Part shown: positions 61,293 to 64,000 of the stretch, in pieces
Layout of the letters: every line of letters begins with the position of its first letter
Numbering within the stretch: position 1 is the stretch's first letter
From: Escherichia phage vB-Eco-KMB23
Reading direction: 5' to 3' (one strand)
Length of the DNA: 64,000 bases
Sequence record: OR525702.1
Position numbers and translations under genes: made by a program
The notes under the pieces: model-generated
Databases searched by the model: none
Seen by the model: only the letters and a program-made list of their open reading frames with translations
Told to the model about the DNA's origin: nothing

Positions 61293-64000
<2,708 letters not shown>

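Overview
This window is a segment of a T4-like (T-even, Tequatrovirus-type) myovirus genome, AT-rich and densely packed. Roughly 1-43.8 kb is an early/middle gene block on the minus strand: gene 46 (partial), an HNH homing endonuclease, 47, a-gt, 55, nrdH/nrdG/nrdD, 49, nrdC, a long run of small and mid-sized uncharacterised ORFs, rI, tk, a macrodomain protein, regB, a GrcA-like glycyl-radical protein, internal proteins, lysozyme e, nudE, a 10-tRNA cluster interrupted by a segB-like GIY-YIG endonuclease, two ipI-like genes, 57B, 57A, 1, 3, 2 and 4. Roughly 43.8-64 kb is a late structural block on the plus strand: 53, 5, 5.1, 5.4, 6, 7, 8, 9, 10, 11, 12, wac, 13, 14, 15, 16 and the start of 17. 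Protein lengths and recognisable sequences match T4 closely, but the phage is not T4 itself: nrdD is intronless, lysozyme differs at a few residues, no denV-like ORF was recognised, and the tRNA set differs from the one I recall for T4. No single planted novel system stands out; the best candidates for uncharacterised biology are a promoter-to-terminator operon ending in a pol-beta-type nucleotidyltransferase, a TARG1-like macrodomain next to two signal-peptide proteins, and a family of capsid-targeted internal proteins. All identifications rest on reading the supplied translations and sequence by eye and on recall of T4; no database search was run, and coordinates I derived by hand (tRNAs, promoters, terminators, adjusted starts) may be off by 1-2 nt.
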